Assembly: GCA_016932415.1 (NCBI GenBank) | Contig: JAFGCX010000001.1 | Coordinates: 17,934-81,933, forward strand | Length of the DNA stretch: 64,000 nt | Source of the DNA: Candidatus Krumholzibacteriota bacterium | Lineage (GTDB): Bacteria; Krumholzibacteriota; Krumholzibacteriia; Krumholzibacteriales; Krumholzibacteriaceae | Reading direction: 5' to 3' | In this document: positions 9,221 to 17,542 of the stretch, piece after piece | Layout: each line of letters starts with the position of its first letter | How positions within the stretch are numbered: the stretch's first letter is position 1 | Position numbers and translations under genes: made by a program | Notes under the pieces: generated by a model | Database searches by the model: none | What the model was told of the DNA's origin: nothing | Seen by the model: only the letters and a program-made list of their open reading frames with translations

Positions 9221-9960
9221 TACCTGTCACTATCGATGCTGATCCCGCTATCCTCTTCCGGCTCTTCGCCAGGGGTAATCTCTGATTCTTCTTCCCGGTC
9301 ACACAGGTCATCCTTCTCATCGCTATCGGTATCACTTTCAGAGCGCTTTTCCGTTTCATTTTCGGATCGATCGTCCTGATCGACAGGTTTTGGAATCAGG
9401 TCGATATCTTCAAGGCTTTTTTCAAGCTCTTCGATGCTGGGCAGATCGCGATAATCCTTGAGCCCCAGATATTCGAGGAACTTTGTCGTGGTAGAATAGA
9501 GATAAGGCTTTCCTATTCCCTCCCCTCGACCGGTAATCACTATCAGTTCTCTGTCGATAAGGGTCGAGAGCACCCCATCGCAATTTACCCCGCGGATAGC
9601 TTCGACCTCCAGCCTGTTGATAGGCTGTTTATACGCTATGATCGCAAGAGTCTCCAGGGCAGCCTGAGACAGCCTTGCTTTCCTCCTGCTCTTGAAAAGA
9701 GAAGCGACAAGCCGCGCGTGTTCAGAACAGGTCGTGATCTGATATCCTCCGGCGATCTCCACGATGCCGAAACTTCTTTCATTCGTTCTGTAAAACTCTT
9801 CCAGTACCCTGATAGCGTCTTTTATCGTTTTTACCGAGGAAACACCCGTAAGGGATGCTATCCGGGCCGCTGACAGTGGTCCGTCAGACGCGAAAAGAAG
9901 CGCTTCTACCTCGCTCTCGGTCTTCTTCACGTCAGGTTCGGATTCATGCTGGTATTCCAT
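9220..9960 (-). CDS. scpB: segregation and condensation protein B with an acidic C-terminal tail
   Basis: ScpB winged-helix region (EALLFASDGPLSAARIASLTGV…) immediately downstream of scpA and overlapping it. The C-terminal ~55 aa are D/E/S-rich. Confidence 0.8.
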   Translation of the reverse strand: MEYQHESEPDVKKTESEVEALLFASDGPLSAARIASLTGVSSVKTIKDAIRVLEEFYRTNERSFGIVEIAGGYQITTCSEHARLVASLFKSRRKARLSQAALETLAIIAYKQPINRLEVEAIRGVNCDGVLSTLIDRELIVITGRGEGIGKPYLYSTTTKFLEYLGLKDYRDLPSIEELEKSLEDIDLIPKPVDQDDRSENETEKRSESDTDSDEKDDLCDREEESEITPGEEPEEDSGISIDSDR

Positions 9961-10702
9961 CTATTTTTCTCTCTTCATTTCCCGATTTTCCGGTTTCCTG
10001 CCTGTATAACCATATATCATTCCCCTGGGACATCTGACGAGCCGCCAGAAAACCCGATTTCACAGTTTCAAGGACAGCCAGAAATGTCACTATGACCTCA
10101 AGTTTGTCATATACCCCCGCGAAAAGTTCGGAGAAAAGGACCTCTGATCGTTTGCTCATACGGTCTCTGATCAGGTCAATCTTTTCTTCTATAGTATACT
10201 GTTCCTTCCTGATCCGGTAACTGACCTGGTTCTTGAGTTCTTCCATCACCTTTTTGAAGGCATCGACCAGGTCAAAGACTGAGACTTCCATCCTGTCGTC
10301 TTCACTCTCTTCCTGTGTGACTGAATGTCTCTGGGTCGGCCTTGGAAAAATCTTTCGCCGGTCTATCTCCTTCTGCGCGAGACAGACAGCTGCTTCCTTG
10401 TATTTTCTGTATTCAAGAAGGTTTCTGACAAGTTCTTCCCTGGGATCTTCCTCCTCTTCATCAGATTCCTCTCTTCTCGGAAGAAGCATCTGGGCCTTGA
10501 TCCTCATCAGGGTCGCTGCCATTACGAAGAACTCGCCTGCCACTTCAAGCCTCAACTCTTTCATTATATCGATATATGAAAGATATTCCTTCGTGATATG
10601 TGAGACGGGGATATCATAGATGTTGATCTTGTCCCTGCGGATGAGATGCAACAGCAGGTCCAGAGGCCCCTCAAATTGTGTCAAACGGATCTGGTAAACC
10701 AT
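9944..10702 (-). CDS. scpA: segregation and condensation protein A
   Basis: N-terminus FEGPLDLLLHLIRRDKINIYDIPVSHITKEYL is the ScpA signature. Its stop overlaps the scpB start by 17 nt. Confidence 0.85.
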   Translation of the reverse strand: MVYQIRLTQFEGPLDLLLHLIRRDKINIYDIPVSHITKEYLSYIDIMKELRLEVAGEFFVMAATLMRIKAQMLLPRREESDEEEEDPREELVRNLLEYRKYKEAAVCLAQKEIDRRKIFPRPTQRHSVTQEESEDDRMEVSVFDLVDAFKKVMEELKNQVSYRIRKEQYTIEEKIDLIRDRMSKRSEVLFSELFAGVYDKLEVIVTFLAVLETVKSGFLAARQMSQGNDIWLYRQETGKSGNEERKIDGIPA

Positions 10703-10817
10703 CCGGCGCCCTTCTTCGCAAATATATAGCGCGCTGGCCCAATATCACCGGCACGCACGAAAAGACACGTAATGCTAAGAGAAAGTCCCATACCTGTCAA
10801 CTGATTATATTCGTTTC

Positions 10818-11690
10818 CTAACCCCTGGGATGAAATGTCCTGTGGACCTCGAGAAGGTAATCGATATCAAGCCTCGTGTATATCTGTGTCGTTGAAATAC
10901 TTGAATGCCCAAGTAATTCCTGGACAGCTCGAAGGTCAGCCCCTCCCTCGACCAGATGAGTCGCGAAGGAATGGCGAAGGGTATGCGGCGTGATTGTTGA
11001 TGGAAGCCCGCTGATCTGAGCGTATTTCTTGATCATTTTCCAGAAACTGACCCTTGATATCGGTTTTCCACGATAGTTCAGAAAGAGATATTCGGATGTC
11101 CCGTTTTTCAACAGGAATGGCCTGCTCTCCTTTATATACATGTCGAGCGCTCTCGAGGCCTTTTTCCCATACGGTACGATCCTTTCCTTGCTCCCTTTTC
11201 CCCTTATTCTCGCTATCCTGGACCCGGCGTTCATCGATTCGAACTTCAGGCCGCAGGCTTCCGATGCCCTTAATCCGGCAGAGTAGGCCATCTCCATCAA
11301 CGCGGTATCCCTTAACCCAAGGATATCGGGGTCCGGCGCTGACAGGAGTCTTTCGATTTCCGGCTGCGTCAGGACAAAAGGTATCTTCCGAAGATATTTC
11401 GGAGCCGAGACTCTTTCCATCTCAAGGTCTCGGATCACACCCTCGCTGTACATAAACCTGTGAAAACCCTTGATCGCGCTCATTAGACGCGATTTTGAAG
11501 AAGCAGAGACATCCTTTGTACCGTCTGATACAAACGCAAGGCTGGAATCAAGGGTTATCTGAACGACCGAGGTCATGCCTCCACTCTTTAAATACTTAAT
11601 GTATTTTATCAAATCAGCCTTATATGCCATTATGGTATTTCTGCTTAAACCTTTTTCAACAATCAAATGATCGATATATCGTTCGGCCAT
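10818..11690 (-). CDS. xerD: tyrosine recombinase XerD
   Basis: Catalytic box HTLRHSFATHLVEGGADLRAVQELLGHSSISTTQIYT plus RxxH…Y. The start is set at the ATG (MAERYIDHLIVEKGLS) because the longer form begins with TTG and lacks an SD. Context (next to scpAB) is chromosomal, not a mobile integrase. Confidence 0.8.
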   Translation of the reverse strand: MAERYIDHLIVEKGLSRNTIMAYKADLIKYIKYLKSGGMTSVVQITLDSSLAFVSDGTKDVSASSKSRLMSAIKGFHRFMYSEGVIRDLEMERVSAPKYLRKIPFVLTQPEIERLLSAPDPDILGLRDTALMEMAYSAGLRASEACGLKFESMNAGSRIARIRGKGSKERIVPYGKKASRALDMYIKESRPFLLKNGTSEYLFLNYRGKPISRVSFWKMIKKYAQISGLPSTITPHTLRHSFATHLVEGGADLRAVQELLGHSSISTTQIYTRLDIDYLLEVHRTFHPRG

Positions 11691-11712
11691 CGTCTCAAGA
11701 TTGAAGCTCTTT

Positions 11713-13530
11713 TTATGCGTCCCTGAAATGTTCGAATATCTTTCTGGCAACTTTCTTTCCTACTCCCTGTACAGTTTCGATCTCGGCAAGAGAGGCTTTC
11801 CTGACCTCTTCCAGGCTTCCAAATTCGATAAGAAGGGCAAGCTTTCGCTTTTCCCCTACCCCCTCTATATCGTCAAGCCCTGAATGGCTGATCTTCCTGC
11901 TTCTTAATTTCCGGTGGTACTCGATGGCGAACCTGTGAGCCTCGTCCCGCATCCTCTGGAAAAGTTTCAAAACTTCGCTTCTTCTCGGCAGAACGACCGG
12001 GTCCGGCATACCGGCGAGGAATATCTCTTCGTTCTTCTTCGCGATACCAGCGAGCTCTATACCTGTTATCCCCGATTCGCTCATCGCATCTAGAGAAGAA
12101 GAAACATGGCCCTTTCCTCCGTCTACAAGTATCATGTCGGGTTTTCGTGAGTGCCCGGTCTTCAGCGCTGCAAGCCTTCTTGTCAGCATTTCCTTCATCA
12201 TCGAATAATCGTCCACACTATCGACATCCCTGATCCTGTAATGCCTGTATCCGGATTTGACAGGCGCGGCGTTTTGAAAAGTGACCATCGATCCGACCGC
12301 TTCGGATCCCTGAATATTGGATATGTCAAAAGTCTCTATCCTGAAAGGCGTTTTATTCAACCCAAGGGTCCTTTTGACCTCTACGAGCAGCTCGATCACC
12401 GGAGTCTTTCTTCCCGTCGAGGCGACAAGCTTCATCGCGGCGTTCTTTGCCGCAAGTCTCAGGAGATCGTTTCTGTGTCCGCGTTTCGGGACTCTTATCG
12501 ATATCTTTTTCCCCGTCTTTTTCTTCAGCCACTCTTCAAGGACCGTTTTTTCAGAAGGCTCGACCTGCATGTAGAGAGAACGTGGTATATCGGTAGCAGA
12601 GACGTAGTAGAGACTCGAGAAAGAATTAAAAAGGTCAGGCCGGGGAATATCCTCCGTGTCGGAGAGGATAAAGTTTTCAATTCCGAGTATGCGTCCGTCG
12701 CGCACCCGCATGACCACGCCGCACGACTGTTTACCTTCAGTCGATACCGCTATATAATCCTCATCATATCCTTTTACCTCGACGGCGTTCTGTTTTTCGC
12801 TGATCTTCTCGATCGATCTGAGCTGGTCCCTTACGACAGATGCCTCCTCGTAACGTATTTTTTCAGAAAGGCGGTTCATTCTTTTTCTGAGAACCTCCTT
12901 CAACTTTCTGTTCTTTCCTTTCAAAAAAAGACTGACCTGGTCAACGATTTCGAGATATCCGTCCCGGTCAATATTGCCCGTGCATGGCCCGAGGCATCTT
13001 CCTATCTGGTAATTGAGGCATTCCCGCCTGCTTTCATTCCTGAATCGCGGTCCGCCGCAATCACGCAACGGAAATATCGACTTGATCAGCTTAAGAGTGC
13101 GCCGCACGGCGCCAACGTCGGTATACGGACCGAAATATTCCGAACCGTCATTCTCGATCTTTCTCGTTATCATCAGCCTTGGATATTTTTCTCTCCTGGT
13201 CAGTTTTAGAAAAGGGTATTTCTTGTCGTCTTTCAACCTCACGTTGTACTTCGGCCTGTATTCCTTGATCAGGTTGCATTCGAGGACGAGAGCTTCCACT
13301 TCGTTTTCGGTAGCCATATATTCCACGGAATCAACAGATTCGACGAGAACCGCCGTTTTCGCGTCAAGACTCTCCTTCGACTGGAAATAACTTCTGACCC
13401 TGTTTTTCAGGATCTTTGCCTTTCCCACGTAGATGATCCTGCCCATGGAGTCTTTCATCATGTAGACTCCTGGAGAATCAGGTATCCCTCCGAGAATATC
13501 TTTAAGTTTTTCTTTATCGATACTTGACAA
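11713..13530 (-). CDS. uvrC: excinuclease ABC subunit C
   Basis: GIY-YIG domain (PGVYMMKDSMGRIIYVGKAK), a UvrBC-interaction region, and C-terminal RNaseH-like/HhH domains. TTG start with AAGGA SD. Confidence 0.9.
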   Translation of the reverse strand: MSSIDKEKLKDILGGIPDSPGVYMMKDSMGRIIYVGKAKILKNRVRSYFQSKESLDAKTAVLVESVDSVEYMATENEVEALVLECNLIKEYRPKYNVRLKDDKKYPFLKLTRREKYPRLMITRKIENDGSEYFGPYTDVGAVRRTLKLIKSIFPLRDCGGPRFRNESRRECLNYQIGRCLGPCTGNIDRDGYLEIVDQVSLFLKGKNRKLKEVLRKRMNRLSEKIRYEEASVVRDQLRSIEKISEKQNAVEVKGYDEDYIAVSTEGKQSCGVVMRVRDGRILGIENFILSDTEDIPRPDLFNSFSSLYYVSATDIPRSLYMQVEPSEKTVLEEWLKKKTGKKISIRVPKRGHRNDLLRLAAKNAAMKLVASTGRKTPVIELLVEVKRTLGLNKTPFRIETFDISNIQGSEAVGSMVTFQNAAPVKSGYRHYRIRDVDSVDDYSMMKEMLTRRLAALKTGHSRKPDMILVDGGKGHVSSSLDAMSESGITGIELAGIAKKNEEIFLAGMPDPVVLPRRSEVLKLFQRMRDEAHRFAIEYHRKLRSRKISHSGLDDIEGVGEKRKLALLIEFGSLEEVRKASLAEIETVQGVGKKVARKIFEHFRDA

Positions 13531-13558
13531 AAGCGCATCCTTGGTTTATGTTACCGGA
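13524..13558 (+). promoter_or_regulatory. σ70-type promoter for rpsT
   Basis: TTGACA (13524–13529), a 17-nt spacer, then TATGTT. GGAGGTGA SD sits 7 nt before the rpsT ATG. Confidence 0.45.
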
Positions 13559-13578
13559 ACGTTGGAGGTGATAAAAAG

Positions 13579-13830
13579 ATGCCGAATCATAAGTCCGCAT
13601 GGAAAAGCATACGTCAGGATGCCAAAAGGCGCGAAAGAAACAAAGATCACAAGTCTTTTCTGCGTAAGGCTGTAAAAGCTTTCAAAGCTGTCGAGAGTGC
13701 TGAGGAAGCGAAGGAAAAATTCCCAGGTATAGTATCGACGATCGACAAATCGGTCCAAAAAGGGATAATCCATCACAGAACAGCCGCCAGGATGAAATCC
13801 AGACTATCAAAAACAACTATGGGATCCTAG
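13579..13830 (+). CDS. rpsT: 30S ribosomal protein S20
   Basis: 83 aa, MPNHKSAWKSIRQDAKRRERNKDHKS…, typical bS20. Confidence 0.9.
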   Translation: MPNHKSAWKSIRQDAKRRERNKDHKSFLRKAVKAFKAVESAEEAKEKFPGIVSTIDKSVQKGIIHHRTAARMKSRLSKTTMGS

Positions 13831-15530
13831 AGCTTTCGAAGCTCGACGATCTTTTCGAATATTTCCCCGACAGGGACCTCTTCAACCTGTCGGGTTTTTC
13901 TATGGAATAATTCGACTATTCCGTCGGCGAGTTTTTTCCCGATCGTCACTCTCAGAGGCACACCTATCAATTCGGAATCCTTGAACTTGACCCCCGGGCT
14001 CAGATCTCTGTCATCGAGAAGAACGCCGTACCCGTTTTCGGTGAATTCCCGCTCGAGCGCTTTCGCCGCATCGATGATCTCGCTGTTGGATACATTGACG
14101 GGGAGTATTATCAGGTCGAAAGGAGAGATCGAATCCGGCCATATGATACCATCCTTGTCATGATGCTGTTCGATCGCGGCCGCCACCATCCGGCTCACTC
14201 CAAAACCGTAGCACCCCATTATAAAATTGTGGCTCTCTCCTTTTTCATCGAGGAAGGAGGCGTTCATGCTTTCCGAATACTTTGTGCCCAGCTTGAAAAT
14301 ATGCCCTACTTCGACTCCATTGCTTGATCTCAACTCCTTTTTACACAAAGGGCAAAGGTCTCCTTCCCGGGCCATGACGAAATCGTCGATCATATCTATT
14401 TTGAAATCCCTTCCCGCTTCGACACCGATAAGATGCTTCTCTTTCCTGTTTGCTCCGACAATCATGCCTGAATATTTTTCAATCAGCCTGTCGGCGCAAA
14501 TGACAGTCCCTTCGGGAAGTCCGACAGGGCCGGAATACCCCACCGGTCCACCCGTCAATTCAAGGACTTCTTCAGGGAGCAGAAACCGCGCTTCGGGATC
14601 ATCCAGTATCCTGATCAGCTTTATATCGTTCACTTCCCTGTCTCCGGGGACGAGAAGCGCTATCATTTTTCCCATTGAATGATAGAGAAGGGTCTTTACT
14701 ATTTCAGTCTCGCTTACATCAAGAAAACTAGATACATCTTCCACGGTCGAAGCCCCTGGCGTGTCTACTTCCCTGTACGCTTCCCCCGATCCTTTTCCCC
14801 TGTTGCCATCCTTTTCAATCGCTACTGCCCTTTCAAGATTTACCGCGTAGCCGCACTCGCAGCTCAATATCCTGTCCTCTCCGTTTTCAGCGAGGACCAT
14901 GAATTCATGAGACTCGTTCCCCCCGATATAACCGGATTCCGCCTCGACAACCCTGAATTCCAGTCCGCATCGATCGATGATCCTCCTGTACGCTTTTTCG
15001 ATCTTCCTGTATGTCTCGTCAAGAGATCTGTCATCCGCGTGGAAACTGTAGGCATCTTTCATTATGAATTCGCGGGCTCTCATCACTCCGTACCTTGGAC
15101 GGATCTCGTCCCTGAATTTGGTCAGTATCTGGTAGAGGCACTGTGGCAGATCGCGGTAGCTACGCATCTCATCGCGCGCCACCATCGTGATTACCTCTTC
15201 GTGAGTCGGACCGAGAGCGAACGTCCTGTTTCTCCCGTCTTTCAGCTTGAAAAGTTCCGGCCCGAAGCTTTTAAGCCTGCCGCTTTCTTCGTATATCTCT
15301 TCCGGGTGAAGGATCGGCATCAATACTTCCTGGCATCCCGCCCTGTCCATTTCCTCCCGTATGATATTCTCGATTTTTTTCAGGACCTTGAATCCGATCG
15401 GCAGGAACGTATATACACCGGAAGTAAGTTTCTTTATCAATCCTGCCCTGAGCATAAGGATGTGACTCGGTATCTCGGCATCTCTCGGTGTTTCTTTCAA
15501 TGTCGGAATACAGCTTTCAGACCAGCGCAT
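13827..15530 (-). CDS. proS: proline–tRNA ligase (bacterial type)
   Basis: 567 aa. Class II aaRS motifs, a ProRS editing insertion, and a C-terminal anticodon-binding domain. It converges on rpsT with a 4-nt overlap. Confidence 0.9.
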   Translation of the reverse strand: MRWSESCIPTLKETPRDAEIPSHILMLRAGLIKKLTSGVYTFLPIGFKVLKKIENIIREEMDRAGCQEVLMPILHPEEIYEESGRLKSFGPELFKLKDGRNRTFALGPTHEEVITMVARDEMRSYRDLPQCLYQILTKFRDEIRPRYGVMRAREFIMKDAYSFHADDRSLDETYRKIEKAYRRIIDRCGLEFRVVEAESGYIGGNESHEFMVLAENGEDRILSCECGYAVNLERAVAIEKDGNRGKGSGEAYREVDTPGASTVEDVSSFLDVSETEIVKTLLYHSMGKMIALLVPGDREVNDIKLIRILDDPEARFLLPEEVLELTGGPVGYSGPVGLPEGTVICADRLIEKYSGMIVGANRKEKHLIGVEAGRDFKIDMIDDFVMAREGDLCPLCKKELRSSNGVEVGHIFKLGTKYSESMNASFLDEKGESHNFIMGCYGFGVSRMVAAAIEQHHDKDGIIWPDSISPFDLIILPVNVSNSEIIDAAKALEREFTENGYGVLLDDRDLSPGVKFKDSELIGVPLRVTIGKKLADGIVELFHRKTRQVEEVPVGEIFEKIVELRKL

Positions 15531-15680
15531 ATGTATCTTTTCCTCTTTTGTTATAGTGCTTCAAGCTAAAAATTACTGTAAATATAACCATTTCCAGTAT
15601 ATACTACGTCAACCCGGGTCAATATGCAAGATTGAAGTATTTATACTCTTTTTGGTTCTTTTCAGAAAGGCGAGGATCCG

Positions 15681-17525
15681 ATGACCGGCGATTTCATGAG
15701 TTTGCTCAAAGAGGGCGTCGTCCTTTTCGACGGGGCGATGGGTACCGTTCTGTACGATCACGGGGTTTTCATCAACCGGTGTTTTGACGAGATAAACCTT
15801 TCCAACCCCACTCTGATCGAAAAGATCCATCGCCAGTACGTCGCCGCTGGCGCCGATGTCATCGAAACGAACACATTCGGAGCTAACCGCGTAAAACTTA
15901 AACTTCACGGTCTTGATTCAAAGATCGAGAAGATCAATATCGAGGGTACCCGTCTTGCCAGAAGAGCCGCTTCGGGAAAAGCTCTCGTTGCCGGTTCGAT
16001 AGGCCCTCTCGGCATCAAGATCGAGCCCTGGGGCCCGACCTCCAACGAAGAGGCGGCAGGATTTTTCCAGGAACAGGGACTCGCTCTCCTCGAAGGCGGA
16101 GTAGACCTCTTCATACTCGAGACTTTCTCTGATCTGAACGAGTTGCACCAGGCGATGAACGGCGTGAAAAAGATATGCGATCTTCCGATCATCGCCCAGA
16201 TGACCCTGCAGAAGGACGGATTGGGACTTTTCGGGACTGAACCTGAAGAATTTGCCATGAGGCTAAGCGAATGGGGAGCTGACGTCGTCGGAGTGAATTG
16301 CTCCGTGGGTCCGAGAATAACTCTCGAGGCGATAGAAAAAATGGCCCGGACTGTGGAGACACCCCTTTCAGCGCAACCGAACGCCGGTATCCCGCAGAAT
16401 GTCGATGGAAGAAACATATATATGGCATCTCCCGAATATCTAGCCGAATATTCAAGACGCTTTGTCTCGGCCGGAGCGAGCGTGGTCGGAGGATGCTGCG
16501 GAACGACGCCGGAACATATCAAAGCGATGAGAAACGCTCTGAGTTCCGTAAAGCCCGCGAAACACCATGTGACGGTCACCATTAAGGACGAAACGCCAGA
16601 TCCTATCGACAGGTCTGTCCCCATCGGCGACAAATCACTCCTCGCTTCAAAGATAACCTCAAAAGAATTCGTCAGGCTTGTCGAGCTTGTCCCCCCTCGC
16701 GGCTGTGAGCCGGACAAGGTGATCGCTTCGGCGGAAAGACTGAAAGAGAGCGGAATAGACGCCATCAATATCCCTGACAGCCCGCGCGCTTCATCGAGGA
16801 TGAGCCCTCTCGCCATGGCCGTGCTCATTGAAAAGAAGTCGGGTATCGAATCGGTCCTTCACTACTGCTGCCGGGACAGGAATATCATCGGAATGCAATC
16901 GGATCTTCTCGGAGCGCACGCCCTCGGCCTCAGGAACATCCTCATAATCACCGGAGACCCGGTCAAGGCGGGAGATTATCCTGACGCTACGTCGGTCTTT
17001 GATATCGACTCTATAGGCCTGACAAATGTCTTATTCGGCCTCAACAGGGGCCTCGACATAGGTGGCCATGATTTCGGAAGCCCTACTTCTTTTCTTGTCG
17101 GCGTGGGCGTGAATCCCGGAGCGGCTGATTTTGAACTGGAGATCGACAGGTTTCACTGGAAAGTGGAGGCTGGAGCTGAATTCGCAATCACTCAACCGGT
17201 ATTCGATATTGAAATATTCGAAAAGTTCCGATCGAGGATCAAATCGATGGAAATACCCATTATCGCTGGGATCTGGCCACTGGTCAGTTATAAAAACGCC
17301 GAATTCATGAACAATGAGCTTCCCGGCGTCTCCGTCCCCGACATTATAATGAGAAGGATGAAAGAAGCGCCGACCGGTGAAGAAGCTTCAAGAGAAGGCG
17401 TGTCGATCGCAGCCGGACTTCTCTCTGAACTCGCTCCCCACATTGCCGGAGTTCAGCTCAGCGCCCCCTTTAACAGGTTCAATCTGGCCCTGGATGTGCT
17501 GAAAGCTTCCGAAACAGATCCCTGA
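15681..17525 (+). CDS. metF: bifunctional homocysteine S-methyltransferase domain / 5,10-methylenetetrahydrofolate reductase
   Basis: The N-terminal ~300 aa are a Hcy-binding (S-methyltransferase) domain (LFDGAMGTVLY…GGCCGTTPEHI). The C-terminal ~300 aa are an MTHFR/MetF TIM barrel (…HYCCRDRN…ITGDP…). Confidence 0.8.
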   Translation: MTGDFMSLLKEGVVLFDGAMGTVLYDHGVFINRCFDEINLSNPTLIEKIHRQYVAAGADVIETNTFGANRVKLKLHGLDSKIEKINIEGTRLARRAASGKALVAGSIGPLGIKIEPWGPTSNEEAAGFFQEQGLALLEGGVDLFILETFSDLNELHQAMNGVKKICDLPIIAQMTLQKDGLGLFGTEPEEFAMRLSEWGADVVGVNCSVGPRITLEAIEKMARTVETPLSAQPNAGIPQNVDGRNIYMASPEYLAEYSRRFVSAGASVVGGCCGTTPEHIKAMRNALSSVKPAKHHVTVTIKDETPDPIDRSVPIGDKSLLASKITSKEFVRLVELVPPRGCEPDKVIASAERLKESGIDAINIPDSPRASSRMSPLAMAVLIEKKSGIESVLHYCCRDRNIIGMQSDLLGAHALGLRNILIITGDPVKAGDYPDATSVFDIDSIGLTNVLFGLNRGLDIGGHDFGSPTSFLVGVGVNPGAADFELEIDRFHWKVEAGAEFAITQPVFDIEIFEKFRSRIKSMEIPIIAGIWPLVSYKNAEFMNNELPGVSVPDIIMRRMKEAPTGEEASREGVSIAAGLLSELAPHIAGVQLSAPFNRFNLALDVLKASETDP

Positions 17526-17542
17526 TCTTTCAGGGCCCTGTA

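Noticed and set aside
12151-13209. 352-aa plus-strand ORF (and other long antisense ORFs, e.g. 15905–16828, 3376–4029, 4048–4803, 52331–53122)
   Set aside because: Each lies fully inside a confidently identified conserved gene on the opposite strand (uvrC, metF fusion, rpsA, sigma/RR). They have low-complexity, Ser/Pro/Arg-rich translations typical of antisense frames, and no RBS.
17531-17540. Palindrome CAGGGCCCTG between convergent genes as a terminator
   Set aside because: Too short to form a stable hairpin. The T-run lies 5' and the A-run 3' on both strands, the reverse of a terminator arrangement.
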